Both the position numbers and the translations under genes were made by a program. The notes beneath the pieces were generated by a model that searched no databases, was not told the DNA's origin, and saw only the letters and a list, made by a program, of their open reading frames with translations. DNA of 63,631 nucleotides, the filler included, from Octopus bimaculoides (taxonomy: Eukaryota), in the NCBI RefSeq assembly GCF_001194135.2. It is 7 parts of 7 records of this genome, joined end to end, with 100 filler letters (N's around TTAATTAATTAA, not from the genome) between each part and the next. Parts side by side here need not be neighbours in the genome. Positions count along the whole stretch, not along the records: positions 49,227 to 56,856 come from NC_069006.1; positions 56,957 to 60,088 come from NC_068985.1; positions 60,189 to 63,631 come from NC_068987.1; 4 more parts are not named here. One strand, 5' to 3'. Shown in pieces: positions 50,723-63,385 of this stretch; positions within the stretch are counted from its first letter, which is position 1; every line of letters starts with the position of its first letter.

Positions 50723-52297
50723 TACACACACACACACACTCTTTCTATCTCTCCTTCTTTCTCTCTCTCCTTCTCTCTCCCCCTCTCCTCTCTCTCTCAC
50801 CTTCTCTCTCTTTCTCGCCTTCTCTCTCTCTCTCTCTCTCTCCCCCCCTCTCTTATATGCACACACGTAAATACTCCTGCAGGCACAGATACAGTTTTCC
50901 TTCTTCCTGAAAATATTGATATTAAATCTTTTTTCGTAATGATGTGTTTGTTCATAAACAAGTCTAATCTCTAATGGTTTGGTGTTTGTGGATGTGTTTT
51001 GTGTTGATTTTCTCTGTGTGTGTGTGTGTATATATGTGTGTGTGTATATATATGTGTGTGACTGTATGTATGTATTTGCGGGTGTGTATGTTTGTTGCGT
51101 GTGTGTGTAACTATATATGTATTTGTGTGTGCACATGTATATGGTATAATGTTTGTGTCTTTTTTTTTTCTCAGCTAATTTTTCATTCCTGCCAGCATCC
51201 TCCTCCATTTCCATCCCCACCTCATTTCCATCCCCCCTCCATTTCCATCGCCCTGTTTCAATCCCCCTCCTTTTCCATCCCACCTCCATTGCCACCCCCT
51301 TTTTCTGCCCCCTTTCGTTTCCCTTCTTCTCCCTCTGTTTCCCTTCCGCTCTCTCTCTCTGTTTCCCTTCCTCTCTCTCTCTCTCTCTGTGTTTCCCTTC
51401 CTCCCGCTCCATTTCCCTTCCTCTCCCTCTGTTTCCACCCCCTCCGTTTCAATCCCCCCTCCATTTCCATTCCACCTCTGTTGCCCCTGCCTGTTGCATC
51501 CGCCCTCCGTTTCTCTACCCCGTTTCCCTCCCCCTCCATCCTTACTTTCCCCTAAATCGACATTTCATTACACACAGATATTCGGACCATTACTTTAGAA
51601 AACGGTGTGAAACTCAGGAATTCTTTGTTGCATTAATATTCCCTGATATTTTCTGGTTGGCGTTGTGCCAACCATTCTAATTTGGTCCATTTTATAAACT
51701 CAATCTCACTAATTAGTGAGGCTGTTTCTTGATTAGTGGTGGTTTCAATTAGTTATTGTTTAGCCCTAGGTCAATCTTTATCAAGCAGACACCCTATGCT
51801 CCAAAGTGTTCTAGCCATGACCATCAAGACGTTTATGTTGCTGTTGTTTGTTACAGCTGAGAGTCATTCCAACTAATTGGTTCCTAATTGCAGCCAGGCA
51901 GACTGAGCCATTTGAAGACAAATGTCTGTTATTTATGGTTTAATCAGAGGATGAAGAGCAGCATAAACTGTGACCTTTTCAAAGGGATTCCACAATTAGT
52001 TAGGGAATGGGCTACCTTCAAAATGGTGATCTGCTGTGAACGCTTACAAGAGAGTGGGTTCCAGTAAAAGATCTGATATTAAACCAGGATACAGACTAAG
52101 CCCCAAGAACAGGAATGGTAGATTCCGATGTGCTTCCATCTATTTTCTTTTTATTAAATTTTCCCCCTAAAACTGTGGTCAACCTGAAGCTATGGCAGAA
52201 GACATTTACTCAAGGAACTGTGGCATGAGTTTGAACCAGAAGCCACACAATCATGCCTGTATCCACGAAATATTCTGAAGCTGTAATATAGTGTATT

Positions 52298-52714
52298 CTT
52301 AACCCCTTTTGTTTGAGGGTTTTAATTTAGATCATTTTGACCCTCACCCTTTCTGTTGAAATACACTGACTTTGTGTTGATTACTTTTGTAAACAAGAAC
52401 TTAGTACAAAAACTTCGTCCTTATTAAAATGGTGTTTGGAACATAAATTAACTTGGAATTTTGAATAAAAGTTTTAATTTAGATAACTAACCATTTTCTT
52501 ACCATTTTTCTGTTGAAACACAATGCCATTGTTTCAATTCATTTTGAAAATTATCAAGAATTTACTAAAATAACTTTGTTATTATCAAAGCTGGTGTTTG
52601 GAACATAAATTATCACAGAATTTTGATGGAAAGTTTTAAATAAAATTGTTTTATAACAGGATAGCTGTATCATAGAATTAGGGATGGTCTCTGGTGGGTT
52701 GGCATCAAAAGAAT
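52298..52714. mobile_element. Degenerate TTAA-type (piggyBac-like) MITE with internal tandem duplication
   Basis: Left TTAACCCCTTTT, right GGTTGGCATCAAAAGAATTA. GGTGTTTGGAACATAAATTA..ATTTTG..AAGTTTTAA occurs twice (~52430 and ~52593). Confidence 0.5.
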
Positions 52715-53120
52715 TAGTGTTTTTTTTTTGTTTTTTTTTAGAAGACCTATTTGTCTGTGCTGCTTTTGTTTCTTATGAAGACTTCTCTACCCCGATGTCA
52801 TCATGGAATAGTTCCAGACAGTTCTGTTCATTAAATATTTTAAAACCAATCAAATAACCATTAATTAAGGTTATATTTACTTTGGCGATAATGAAGTACC
52901 TAATTCTTTTATCGGTTCAAGTCCTTGGACAGCAGCCATATCAGGACACTGCTTATAAAGAATTTCATCAGTCACATTGACCACACTGCATATTTCATGG
53001 TCAAGTTACCTTTCATATACCTTGTGGTACAATTTTACTTTGCCACACACACACACACACACACACACGTAATAGAATCTGTTTATAATCCCTATTACTA
53101 ACGATTTTTTCTTTTTTCAG

Positions 53121-53218
53121 GATATTGATTGGATTAACACAGAAAAACATGTGTTTGAGACGGCAACTAATTATCCGTTTTTGGTTGGTCTTCATTCCTG
53201 TTTCCAGTCTCTCAGTCG
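53121..53218 (+). CDS. aPKC: Atypical protein kinase C, kinase-domain exon
   Basis: TTTTTTCAG acceptor and GTAAGT donor. Translates [32 protein letters not shown](R), matching a[26 protein letters not shown]. Ends in phase 2. Confidence 0.95.
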
Positions 53219-54204
53219 GTAAGTGGAATTCTGGCATTGATTAAGTCTACTGTAGTTTCTGGCATACAAGTCAGAATTTGCAGCCAAAAGAAAGGTAGAT
53301 CAACTTATACACCAAGATGACTTTGGAAGACCAAAAATTCCATCTAAAATGCAGCAAGATTTGGAGAGATGATGATTATGATGGTGATGTTTGAATATTT
53401 ACTTTACATCATCATCATCATCATCATCGTTTAACGTCCGCTTTCCATGCTGGCATGGGTTGGACGGTTTGATTGAAGACTGGCAAGCCAGAAGGCTGCA
53501 ACAGGCTCCAATCTGTTCTGGCAAGGTTTTTACAGCTGGATGCCCTTCCTAACACCAACCACTGAGAGTGCAGCGGGTGGATTTTTATGTGCCACCAGCA
53601 TGGAGGCCAATCAAGCGGCACTGTCATCGACCACGCTTGAATGGTGATTTTACGTGCCACTAGCATGGGTGCCAGTCGGATGGCACTGGCATCGGCCACG
53701 ACAACGATTTCATTTGACTCAACAAGCCTTCTCAAGCACAGCATATTGCCCGATGATTGAAGGGTACTTTGAAATGGGCCAGTTATGCAAAGCTTTGTTG
53801 ACTTGTATTCTAGCAAAGACGGTAGGATGGTGCTTGTCCATAAGTATTAACTATTTGCTCGTCTTAGATGTATCTAATTATTATATCGTCTTGCTGAAGG
53901 TCCTATTTAACAGTGGATGTTGAAGGGGACTCTTTAGCTCAATCAAAGAGGTTGGTGAGGGAGACAGAAAATGTCCTTTTTATTCATCTATTTGTATGGG
54001 AAAGGAAGCCAGGTATGAATAAATGCACAAAGACGATATCTGGAGGAGGAGGTCGATTACATCAACCAGAGTGCTCAGCTTGTACTCAATTTGTTGAATC
54101 CCAAAGCCCTGAAGGCGAAGTTGACGTTGGCTGAATTTGAACTCAGAACTTAGAGAGTCACAAGAAATGCTACCAAAGCATTTTGTCGACTGTCCTTGTA
54201 TTCT

Positions 54205-54660
54205 TTGTTTTAGTCAAACAGATCGACCCCAGGACTTATTCTTTGTAAGCCTAGTACATACTCTATTGGTCTCTTTTGTCGAACCGCTAAGTGACGGGAG
54301 ACGTAAACACACCAATATCAGTTGTCAAGTGATGGTTGAGGGACAAACACAGCTAGACAAGCACAAACAGACAAGCNNNNNNNNNNNNNNNNNNNNNNNN
54401 NNNNNNNNNNNNNNNNNNNNNNNNNNNNNNNNNNNNNNNNNNNNNNNNNNNNNNNNNNNNNNNNNNNNNNNNNNNNNNNNNNNTATATATAAATATATAT
54501 AAATATGATGGGATTCTTTCGGTTTCTGTCTACCAAATCCACTCACAAGGCTTTGGTTGGCTATAGTAGAAGACACTTGCCCAAGGTACCATGCAGCGGG
54601 ACTGAACTCAGAACCATGTGGTTGGAAAGCAAGCTACTTACCACAGCCATGCCTGCACCT
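54205..54660 (-). mobile_element. SINE family A (N gap at internal microsatellite)
   Basis: Reverse complement of family A tail, CORE and head. Confidence 0.78.
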
Positions 54661-54720
54661 ATGTTAACAATTCTGCCAGATCACTGCTCTAAAAATAATA
54701 GTAACAACAACAACAACAAC

Positions 54721-54750
<30 letters not shown>

Positions 54751-54753
<3 letters not shown>

Positions 54754-55947
54754 CCTTTCTACTATAGGCACAAGGCCTGGATCTTGTGGGGAGGCTGACA
54801 ATCGATCACATTGACCCTGGTACTCAACTGGTACTTAATTTATTGACCCCAAAATGATGAAAGGCAAAGTCAACCTCAGCGGAATTTGAACTCGGAATGC
54901 AGCGATGGGTGAAATACCACTAAGCATTTCGCCTGGCTTGCTAACAATTCTGCCAGCCTGCCACCTTAATAATAATAATAATAATGATAATAATAATGAT
55001 GGTATCTAATTAAGGCCCTAGACCAATGATTTTGAGGGTCATGTATTATTTGATGTAATTCGCATCAGTACTAGACAGTAATAATAATAATAATAATAGT
55101 AATAATAATAATCCTTTCCCCTATTGACACAAGGCCTAACATTTTGGGGGGCTTTTGGGGCTAGTTGATTATGTTGACTCCAGTATTCATCTGGTACTTA
55201 TTTTATTGACCCCGCCGAAGGGGACGAAAGGTAAAGTTGACCTCAGCAGAATTTGAACTCGCAATATTAATGAATCTGTTAATGAATCTGCCGGCTTGCC
55301 ACCTTAACAACAACAACAACAACAATAATAATAATAAAGATAGTTCTTTCTATTATAGGCACAAAGCCTGAACGTTGCGGGAGGGTGCTAGTCGATTACA
55401 TTGACCACCAGTATTTCACTGGTACTTATTTCATTGACCCCCCAAAGAGATGAAAGGCAAAGTTGACCCTAGTGGAAGTTAAAATATGATGATAATAATT
55501 ATAATCCTTTCTACTATAGGCACAAGGCCTGAAATTTTTGGGGAGGGGACTAGTTGATTACATCGACACCAGTACAGAACTGGTACTTAATTTTATTGAC
55601 TCCAAAAGATAAAAGGTAAAGTCGATCTCGGTGGAATTTGAACTCAGAACATAAGGGTTTTGCCTGCTAAGGGTTTTGCCTGGCGCTCTAATGGTTCTGC
55701 CAGCTCGTATTGTATTATTTGTAATAATGATAATCTTTTATACTCTAGGCATAAGGCCTGAAATTTTGGGGGAGGGGGGGCAGTCGATTAGATTGACCCC
55801 AGTACACAACTGGTACTTAATTTATCGACCCCAAAAGGATGGAAGGCAAAGACGATCTCAGCAGAATTTGAACTCAGAACGTAAAGACAGACGAAATACC
55901 GCTAAGCATTTCGCCCGGTGTGCTAATGTTTCTGCCAGCTCGCCGCC

Positions 55948-55948
<1 letters not shown>
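54751..55948 (-). repeat. Head-to-tail array of at least 5 family C SINEs separated by (AAT)n/(AAC)n
   Basis: Units start at ~54751, 55110, 55343, 55503 and 55731, all in the same orientation with ..CTACTATAGGCACAAGGCCTG..GGTACTTA..GAAAGGCAAAGT..GAATTTGAACTC; mutually diverged. Confidence 0.9.
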
Positions 55949-56006
<58 letters not shown>

Positions 56007-56061
56007 GATATTAATAATTTGTAATAATAATACAAATATTTATTCCTTTTTGCTCCTTCAG

Positions 56062-56198
56062 TTTGTTCTTTGTGATTGAGTTTGTCAATGGTGGAGATTT
56101 GATGTTCCATATGCAGCAACAAAGAAGGTTGGCAGAGGATCATGCCCGCTTCTATGCAGCTGAAATATCTTTGGCCCTTAACTTTCTACATGAACGAG
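56062..56198 (+). CDS. aPKC: Atypical protein kinase C, next kinase-domain exon
   Basis: CTCCTTCAG acceptor and GTGAG donor. The first base completes the Arg codon from 53217-53218. Translates [45 protein letters not shown](G). Confidence 0.96.
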
Positions 56199-56282
56199 GT
56201 GAGGGGTTTAACTTTTTCTGTGTCCCATGTGCATGCATGTGGGTGTGTGAGCATGTGTTTTGTGCATCTTCTTTCTTTTTCT

Positions 56283-56320
<38 letters not shown>

Positions 56321-56339
56321 CATATGAGCTTCTGTTTAT

Positions 56340-56856
56340 GTACCTCATGAGGTAGTGAGTTCAATTCCTGGACCGGGCTGTGTGTTGTGATCTTGAGCAA
56401 GACACTTCATTTCACATTGCTCCAGTTCACTTATCTGTAGAAATGAGTTGCGACGTCACAGGTGCCAAGCTGTATCGGCTCCTTTGCATTTCCTTTGGAT
56501 AACATCAGTCGCGTGGAGAGTGGAGGCTGGTATGCATGGGCGACTGCTGGTCTTCCATAAACAACCTTGCCTGGACTTGTGCCTCGGAGGGGAACTTCCT
56601 AGGTGCAACCCCATGATCATTCATAGCCTAAGGGGGTCTTTACTCTTTGTATACACACACACACACACACATGTATATGTATGTATATCCAGTTCTCAGA
56701 CCAGGCTGTGTTGTGTCCTTGAGCAAGACACTTTATTTCACGTTGCTCCAGTTAACTCAGCTGTAGAAAAGAGTTGCGACGTCACTGGTGCCAAGCTGTA
56801 TTGGCCCCTTTGCCTTTCCCTTGGATAAGATCAGTGGCATGAAGAAGGGAGGCTGT
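56340..56856 (+). mobile_element. Two tandem family D SINE copies
   Basis: GGCTGTGTGTTGTG.TCTTGAGCAAGACACTT..GAGTTGCGACGTCAC.GGTGCCAAGCTGTAT at ~56377 and ~56704; the second is cut by a gap. Confidence 0.8.
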
Positions 56857-56946
56857 NNNNNNNNNNNNNNNNNNNNNNNNNNNNNNNNNNNNNNNNNNNN
56901 TTAATTAATTAANNNNNNNNNNNNNNNNNNNNNNNNNNNNNNNNNN

Positions 56947-58318
56947 NNNNNNNNNNATCCACGCACTATCTAGACGAGGGAAGAATTCCCTCGCAGTGGA
57001 AAGAGTCAAATACCACCCTGTTATATAAGAAGAGCGATAGAGAAGATCTAAAGAACTACCGACCCATATTCCTGCTGTCTCACGTGTACAAGCTGTTCAC
57101 AAAGATAATTCTGAACAGGTTATCACGTTATCTCGACGAACAACAACCGAAGGAGCAAGCCGTCTTCCGGAAGAACTACAGCACGATGGACCCTATATTT
57201 ACTCTAACACAACTGCTTGAGTGAGCGAATGAGTACAAGCTGCCTCTTTGCATTGCGTTTGTAAACTATGAGAAAGCCTTCAACAGCGTCGAAACCAACG
57301 CAGTGCTGAACTCGCTACAGAGGCAGGGAGTCGAGGCGCAATATGTACAACTGCACAGAGAGGCAAATTCCGGATGCACCACTGACATAGCTCTGCTATC
57401 ATCTCCCGTACGAGTGCCCGTCGAGAAGGGAGTGAAGCAAGGAGATACGACCTCTCCAAAACTTTTCACCGCATGTCTCGAGCAGAGGCATCAACTGGCA
57501 AGGCGGTGTCAACATCAATGGCGAGCTATTCTCCCACCTCCGTTTCGCTGATGATATCGTAATCATCGCTGAAACCACGGATCAGCTTCAGACCATGCTG
57601 ACGGAGCTCGACATCAAAAGCTCTGCAGTAGGTCTCAAGATGAACCGCATGAAAACGAAGTTCATGCGGTCCGACAACGTACCAACAGGTCAAATGACGG
57701 TCAGCAATGATGAAATAGAGGAGATAAAGGAATATGTCTACCTGGGACAGGAAGTGAATATGTGCCGAGACATCGAAAAGATCTCGCGGAGAATATGGGC
57801 CGGATGGAAGGCGTTTAATGGCATAAGGAATGTGCTCAAAGGAAGGCTGGACAGGACCACCGCGCCATCCTTATAAAGAGCACAGTTCTACCTGCAATGT
57901 TATATGGTAGTGAAACACGGGCTACAACAAAGAAAGAAGAGCAGAGATTGGTAACGGCTCAAAGAGCCATGGAGAGGTCAATGCTTGGAATTTCGTTGAG
58001 AGAGTACATCAGTAGCGAGGTCATCAGACAGAAGTCCGGCGTGAGGGATGTCTTCGTAGAATATATACGCAGTAAGTTTAGATGGGCTGGACACGTCGCC
58101 CGGCTCACCGATAATCGGTGGACCCGCGCAGTTGTCGAGTGGTACCCGCGCGAGCGGAAACAACCACTCGGAAGGCCTCCAAGACGGTGGAGTTACGATT
58201 TTAGGAGGGTAATTGGGACCACGTGGATGAGGAAGGCGCGATCCAGAGAGGAGTGGACAGCGTGCTGTGACCAGCGGTGTCAAATGGACGTCCGACGGAC
58301 TGGTCGGTCAAGCGTGTC
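56947..58318 (+). mobile_element. RTE-clade LINE (RT to 3' end), decayed
   Basis: KNYRPI.LLSHVYKLFTK, NYEKAFNSVE, KGVKQGDTTSPKLF, LRFADDI, EYVYLGQ, LYGSET, FRWAGHVARLTDNRW, GRPPRRW. Confidence 0.9.
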
Positions 58319-58454
58319 TGTGGAGTGCTCAACTACTTGCACGTTAATTTCACGAACTGATTGTTCCGTTGATCGGATCAACTGGAATCCTCGTCGTTGT
58401 AACCGACGGAGTGCCAGTTATAATGTATGTGTATGTGTATATAATCAGTACATA

Positions 58455-58978
58455 TACCCACCGAGCAGAAACCATCGTCATGCCAAATTCATTCTGCAGA
58501 ATATTCTGAACTTTCTCACAGGATATGTTAATAACATTGGCTATTTGATTTCTAGTCAATTGTCTGTCATCAAATCTGCAGGTGGTGACAACAATAAATG
58601 TTTTCCTTGGTGTTGGCAGCTGCAAGACGTCCGGACCATAGGAGATCTTCAAGACTCTCCTTTCTCCTAAATTCAGCTGCCCACTTTTGCACTGTTTATA
58701 AAGCTGGAGCATCATCTCCTAATGTAGCGACCATGTCAGCATGAATGCTCTTGGCGGCTAAAGCTTTTTCCTGAAGGTACTCTATAACACCACAATGCCA
58801 AATTTTGTCCATTTTCAACACAAGATGCTAGTTACTTTTGAAATGTTCTTTGAACAGTCAGTTTACAGGGAAAGAAACAGTGGAATAATCAAAAGAGTTG
58901 AAATTAATGTATGCAAGACTTCACAGCCCTAGCATCACTCCTTCCTAATCAACCTATAAACTTTTCAGCTAGCCCTTG
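58455..58978 (-). mobile_element. mariner 5' fragment (same family as 40367-42084)
   Basis: TIR CCTATAAACTTTTCAGCTAGCCCTTG plus TA. ORF 58350-58715 has QIANVINIS..GMTMVSARWV. Confidence 0.85.
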
Positions 58979-59084
58979 TATATTTAAAATATATGCCTAT
59001 ATACATATATATGTATATGGGTTTGTAGGAGTATGCGTGCGTGCGAATATGCGTGTATAATGTATGTATATATAGCTTTATTTT

Positions 59085-59430
59085 TTGTTTTGTTTCAGTC
59101 ATTTGACTGTGACCATGCTGGAGCACTACCCAGTCAAAGGTTTTGACTGAACAAATCGACCTCAGGACTTGTTAAGCCAAGTACTTATTCTATCGGTCTC
59201 TTTTGTCGAACAGCTATTACGCGGGATGTAAGCACACCAACACCGGTAGTCAATAGATGGGGAAACACTGACACAAAGACACGCATGCATAGATATATAC
59301 ATATGCGATGGGATTCATTTAGTTACCGTCTACCAAATCCACTCACAAGGCTTTGGTTAGCCCGAGGCTATAGTAGAGGCGCCACTCAATGAGACTGAAC
59401 CCGGAGCCATGTGGTTGAGAAGCAAGAATG
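59085..59430 (-). mobile_element. SINE family A
   Basis: TTTCAGTCATTTGACTGTG..GTCTACCAAATCCACTCACAAGGCTTTGG..GAGACTGAACCCGG. Further copies at 59770-60075 (+) and 61118-61460 (+). Confidence 0.78.
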
Positions 59431-60188
59431 CACCTAATGGTTTTGTGGAGACCCAGGGCAGGCTTTACCATAGCTCATTTTATCATATGGTTTTTAAATG
59501 CAAATTAAAAAAGCAAAAGATAACCCTCAGAACAAATTAACCAGTGGCCTCACATTGACATATGTTCATAAATCTATAGTCAATCAAATCGGCCTCTGGT
59601 ATTTATTTTATTGATCTTAGCAGGATTTCGATTTGGAAAATAAATAGCAGGTGCTTAATCAAATACTAAAGTTTGTATCACTAACATCAATCAAGTTTGG
59701 TTGGTCATAGATGATACAGGATTAAAGAATAGCATTATGGTTCAAGAAAAGAAAGGATAGATTGATATGTAGGCGTCAACACAGCTGTGTGATAAAACGC
59801 TTCCTTCTCAACCACATGGTTCTGTGTTCAGTCTCACTGCGTGGCACCTTGGGCAAATATCTTCTACTTTGGCCTCGGGCCAACCAAAGCCTTTGTGAGT
59901 AGATTTGGTAGACGGAAAATGAAAGACACCCGTCATATATACACGTATGCGTGTGTGTCACCAACGGTTGACAACCGGTAGTGGTGTGTTTACATCCTGG
60001 TAACTTAGCAGTTCGGCAAAAATGACCAATATAATAAATATGAGCTTCAAAAAATAAATCCTGGGGTTGATCTTTTTTTCCCACTAAANNNNNNNNNNNN
60101 NNNNNNNNNNNNNNNNNNNNNNNNNNNNNNNNTTAATTAATTAANNNNNNNNNNNNNNNNNNNNNNNNNNNNNNNNNNNNNNNNNNNN

Positions 60189-60245
<57 letters not shown>

Positions 60246-61479
60246 GTTATTAAATGAGAATACTGAGTTATTTTCTTTATATATAGACTCTCATTGTAGA
60301 ATATGTAAACAGTATAAAAACGCATTCCTCTCGTGTTCATTCATGCTTTTTTCTGTTTTATCTAAGAGTAAATAATGAAGCTGAGAGTTTTATTTAGAGT
60401 TTTTTCACTTTCATTGGGTACCACCTTATTTGTTTCTGAGCTTGTGGAGTTTTGACGCTCCATTTTTCGCAATTTTTATGCATTAAATACAAAGTACGCA
60501 TTCCTCTTTTAACCTCCGACTTCCACTTAGCTTTCATTCTTTCGAAGGTTGGGAAAATAAAATATCCATCAAGTTGTAGGATGATCGATATATTCGACTC
60601 TTCCTTATAAATTTATGGCCTTGTGCATTCTCCACTCACTGTTGTTGTTGCTGTTGTGGTGGTGGTGGTATTTATGCTTATTATTTATAATATGAGAAAT
60701 AATACAAGATGTTCCCTTTCGTCATAAAAAGTAGATATAACTTAGAGAACATTCATAGAAATTTCGAAGTTAACAAAGATGTTCATCGTTTGGGAAAATG
60801 TTTAACAAAATTGTTCACCAGAAGACATGCCTGGAAGTATTGTGTTAACACGTTGTTCAAGAATAACGTAATGTGTTTAAGGTTAACGAAAAATATACGT
60901 TTAACTGTGTAAAAATACCCTAATAAAATTTACAAATTCTAGTATTTTTATTTTATGGAACCCATCTATGCCTATAGAAATGGTTATTTATCACTCCAGT
61001 TGTGCCAATTACAAATGGAATAATTCTTTAATTAATATATATACGTGTGTGTATGTGTATGTGTGTGTATGTGCGTGTGTGTGTATTCATTTATATATAT
61101 ATATATATATATATATGGAGGTAGTCGTGACTGTGTGGTAAGAAGCTTGTTTCCAAACCACATGGATTCGAGTTCAGTCTCACTATAGATAGCCTCGGAC
61201 AGACCAAAGCCTTGTGAGTGGATTCCTTTGACGGAAACTGAAAAGGAGGCCGTCCTGTATATATGTGTGTGTGTTTATCTTTGTGCCAGTGTTGGTGTGT
61301 TTACGTCCCGTAACATAAGCGGCTCGGCAAAAGAGACCGATAGAATAAGTACCAGGCTCAAAAATATAAGTCCTGGGTTCGATCCATTCGACTAAAATAA
61401 TTCCTCAAGGCGGTGCCCCAGCATGGCCGCAGTCTAATGATTGAAACAAGTAAAAGAAAATCAACATAACACTGCATCT

Positions 61480-61825
61480 AAAATTGAGGCGAGTAAAATG
61501 TTAATTTATGCCAATTGTCCTTGGACGATATACACAGCTATGGAGAAAAAGATAGAAGCTTTTGAGATATGAGTATCTCACAGATTGAGTAGGATAAGCT
61601 GGAAAGGCAGGGTAAAAATGCTGCAGTACAAGAAAAAAATGAGAGTCCAAAGACAGCTTTTGTTGAGAATCAAGTACAGAAAGTTATATTTTGGTCATTG
61701 TCTATGACTAACCGAAAAGGAAGTGTTGGGGGAAAGAGAGCGGATTGATGGCATCGAAGAATGGACTGGAAACAATAGCTTGGCTGATTGTATGGCGACT
61801 CTTGGACAGAGGGACGGCAACTGAC
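61480..61825 (+). mobile_element. LINE (RTE-like) C-terminal fragment, heavily decayed
   Basis: WTI...MEKKIEAFE..RISW..RK.YFGH..WIDGIEEWTG-like text across frames. Confidence 0.6.
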
Positions 61826-61981
61826 AAATGAGGATTTTTTTAATTGCCAAAATTTAAAATGGCTTTTAATTCAACAACTAGTTCAGGGTAATTTCATAAC
61901 TTTTCTGTTCACCTCTACCCCAAAAGCAACCATTTGGTATTTTTTCAGTCGCTAATCAATATATCCTCCTCCTCTTCCCCG

Positions 61982-62047
<66 letters not shown>

Positions 62048-62071
62048 GCATGACTTAGTGATTAGGATGTT

Positions 62072-63327
62072 TGTTGTAAGGTATTAGTAATAATAGTACA
62101 TCCTTCCCATGTGATGAATAAAATAACCTAGTCACTATAAGTAAAGAGAAGCACGTGAAGTACCAGAGTACGTAGTAGGCAGTCAGATTGTCGTGTCTTT
62201 ACTAGTTTAATTAAGTATACTGTATACCAAAGTGAGCGTTATAACAGTCCAACATTTTAAGTGGCAACGAGGATAAGCCAATTCATGTGGAGTTAATAGA
62301 AACTTGAAGAGGAGTTAATAAACTCACAAAGTTGGTGTACGAATTTTACGAAAAATCGTAAAAGTATTGAAAATTCTTCGGCAGGTCTGATCGAGTTGCA
62401 AAACAGCAACAACAACAGCTGAAAGAACAACAACAATAGCAGATACACCTGCAAGAGCAACAACAGAAGCAGCAACAACAACAAATAATATTACAGCAAC
62501 AAATGCTGCAATTGCTGAAGTCATCAGGAAATTCAGAAAAAAATGTTTTCACCAGACTATGTTGCGAACTCGATAACAGAGTTCAAATACAAACCTGACG
62601 AAGGAGTTACCTTCGAAGCATACTACAGAAGATATGAGTAAATTTTCGCGAAAAAATGTACAAATTGGGACGACGAGATGAAAACGCGCTTAATATTGAG
62701 AAAACTGGCGGCAACAGAACATGAACGATACAGTAATTATGTACTCCCAAGAAAACTTTCGGACATAAACTTTTATGACACAATAGATATATTGTGTAAA
62801 ATTTTCAGTGAAAAAATCTCCTTCTTCAACACACGTTGGAAGTGTCTGAACATAGGGAAAAACAACGACGAGGATTACATCACACATGCTGGTAGAGTAA
62901 ACAGGGAATGCGAAAAGTTAAAGCTGGACGAATTAACGCCAGATATGTTTAAATGCCTGATTTTTACACGGGAACTAACTACAGAAAAAGACGCAAAAGT
63001 TAGAACTAGAATTGTCGCTAAGCTGGAACAAAACCAGGAGGTAATCCTACAACAAATGCCAGAAGAATATGAAGGAATAGTCAAATGAAGACACGACACA
63101 GGAAATTGAACGTAAGGATTGTTTCCAAACAAGTGCGAAATAACCAGAATAGAGATGAAACTTTTTCTAAAAAGCACAACAAAAATCAGGAAATAAACAC
63201 ATGTAGAGGTAGACACATGAGGATAAATTGTCCATTTAAAAAAGCGGAGTACTTTCGTTGTGGAAATATTGGAAATGTAGAACATATAAAGACGCAATGT
63301 AGAAAGATGACAAACGCCAGAACATAG
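62072..63327 (+). mobile_element. Ty3/Gypsy LTR retrotransposon: 5' LTR, PBS and gag, truncated
   Basis: LTR 62072-62254 is bounded by TGTTG...CAACA. PBS TGGCAACGAGGAT (62262-62274) matches 12/13 to the tRNA-Ser(GCU) 3' complement TGGCGACGAGGAT. Gag: Q-rich N-terminus, TFEAYYRRYE, RWKCL, RECE, zinc-knuckle remnants. Confidence 0.85.
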
Positions 63328-63385
63328 TTGCCTTCTATAATCTATCCACCCAACAACTAAATTCTTCCTCCTTACTCGTACCTCG
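63328..63385 (-). mobile_element. Possible tiny R4/Dong-type RT remnant
   Basis: RRKNLVVGWIDYRR resembles the RKNL..AWIDY.KAYD RT motif; very short. Confidence 0.35.

Noticed and set aside
54751-55948. CRISPR-like repeat/spacer array
   Set aside because: Units are ~140-220-bp diverged SINEs separated by microsatellite, in a eukaryotic intron, with no cas genes.
62293-62552. Poly-Leu/Cys/Val minus-strand ORFs
   Set aside because: Antisense of the Gln-rich gag N-terminus.
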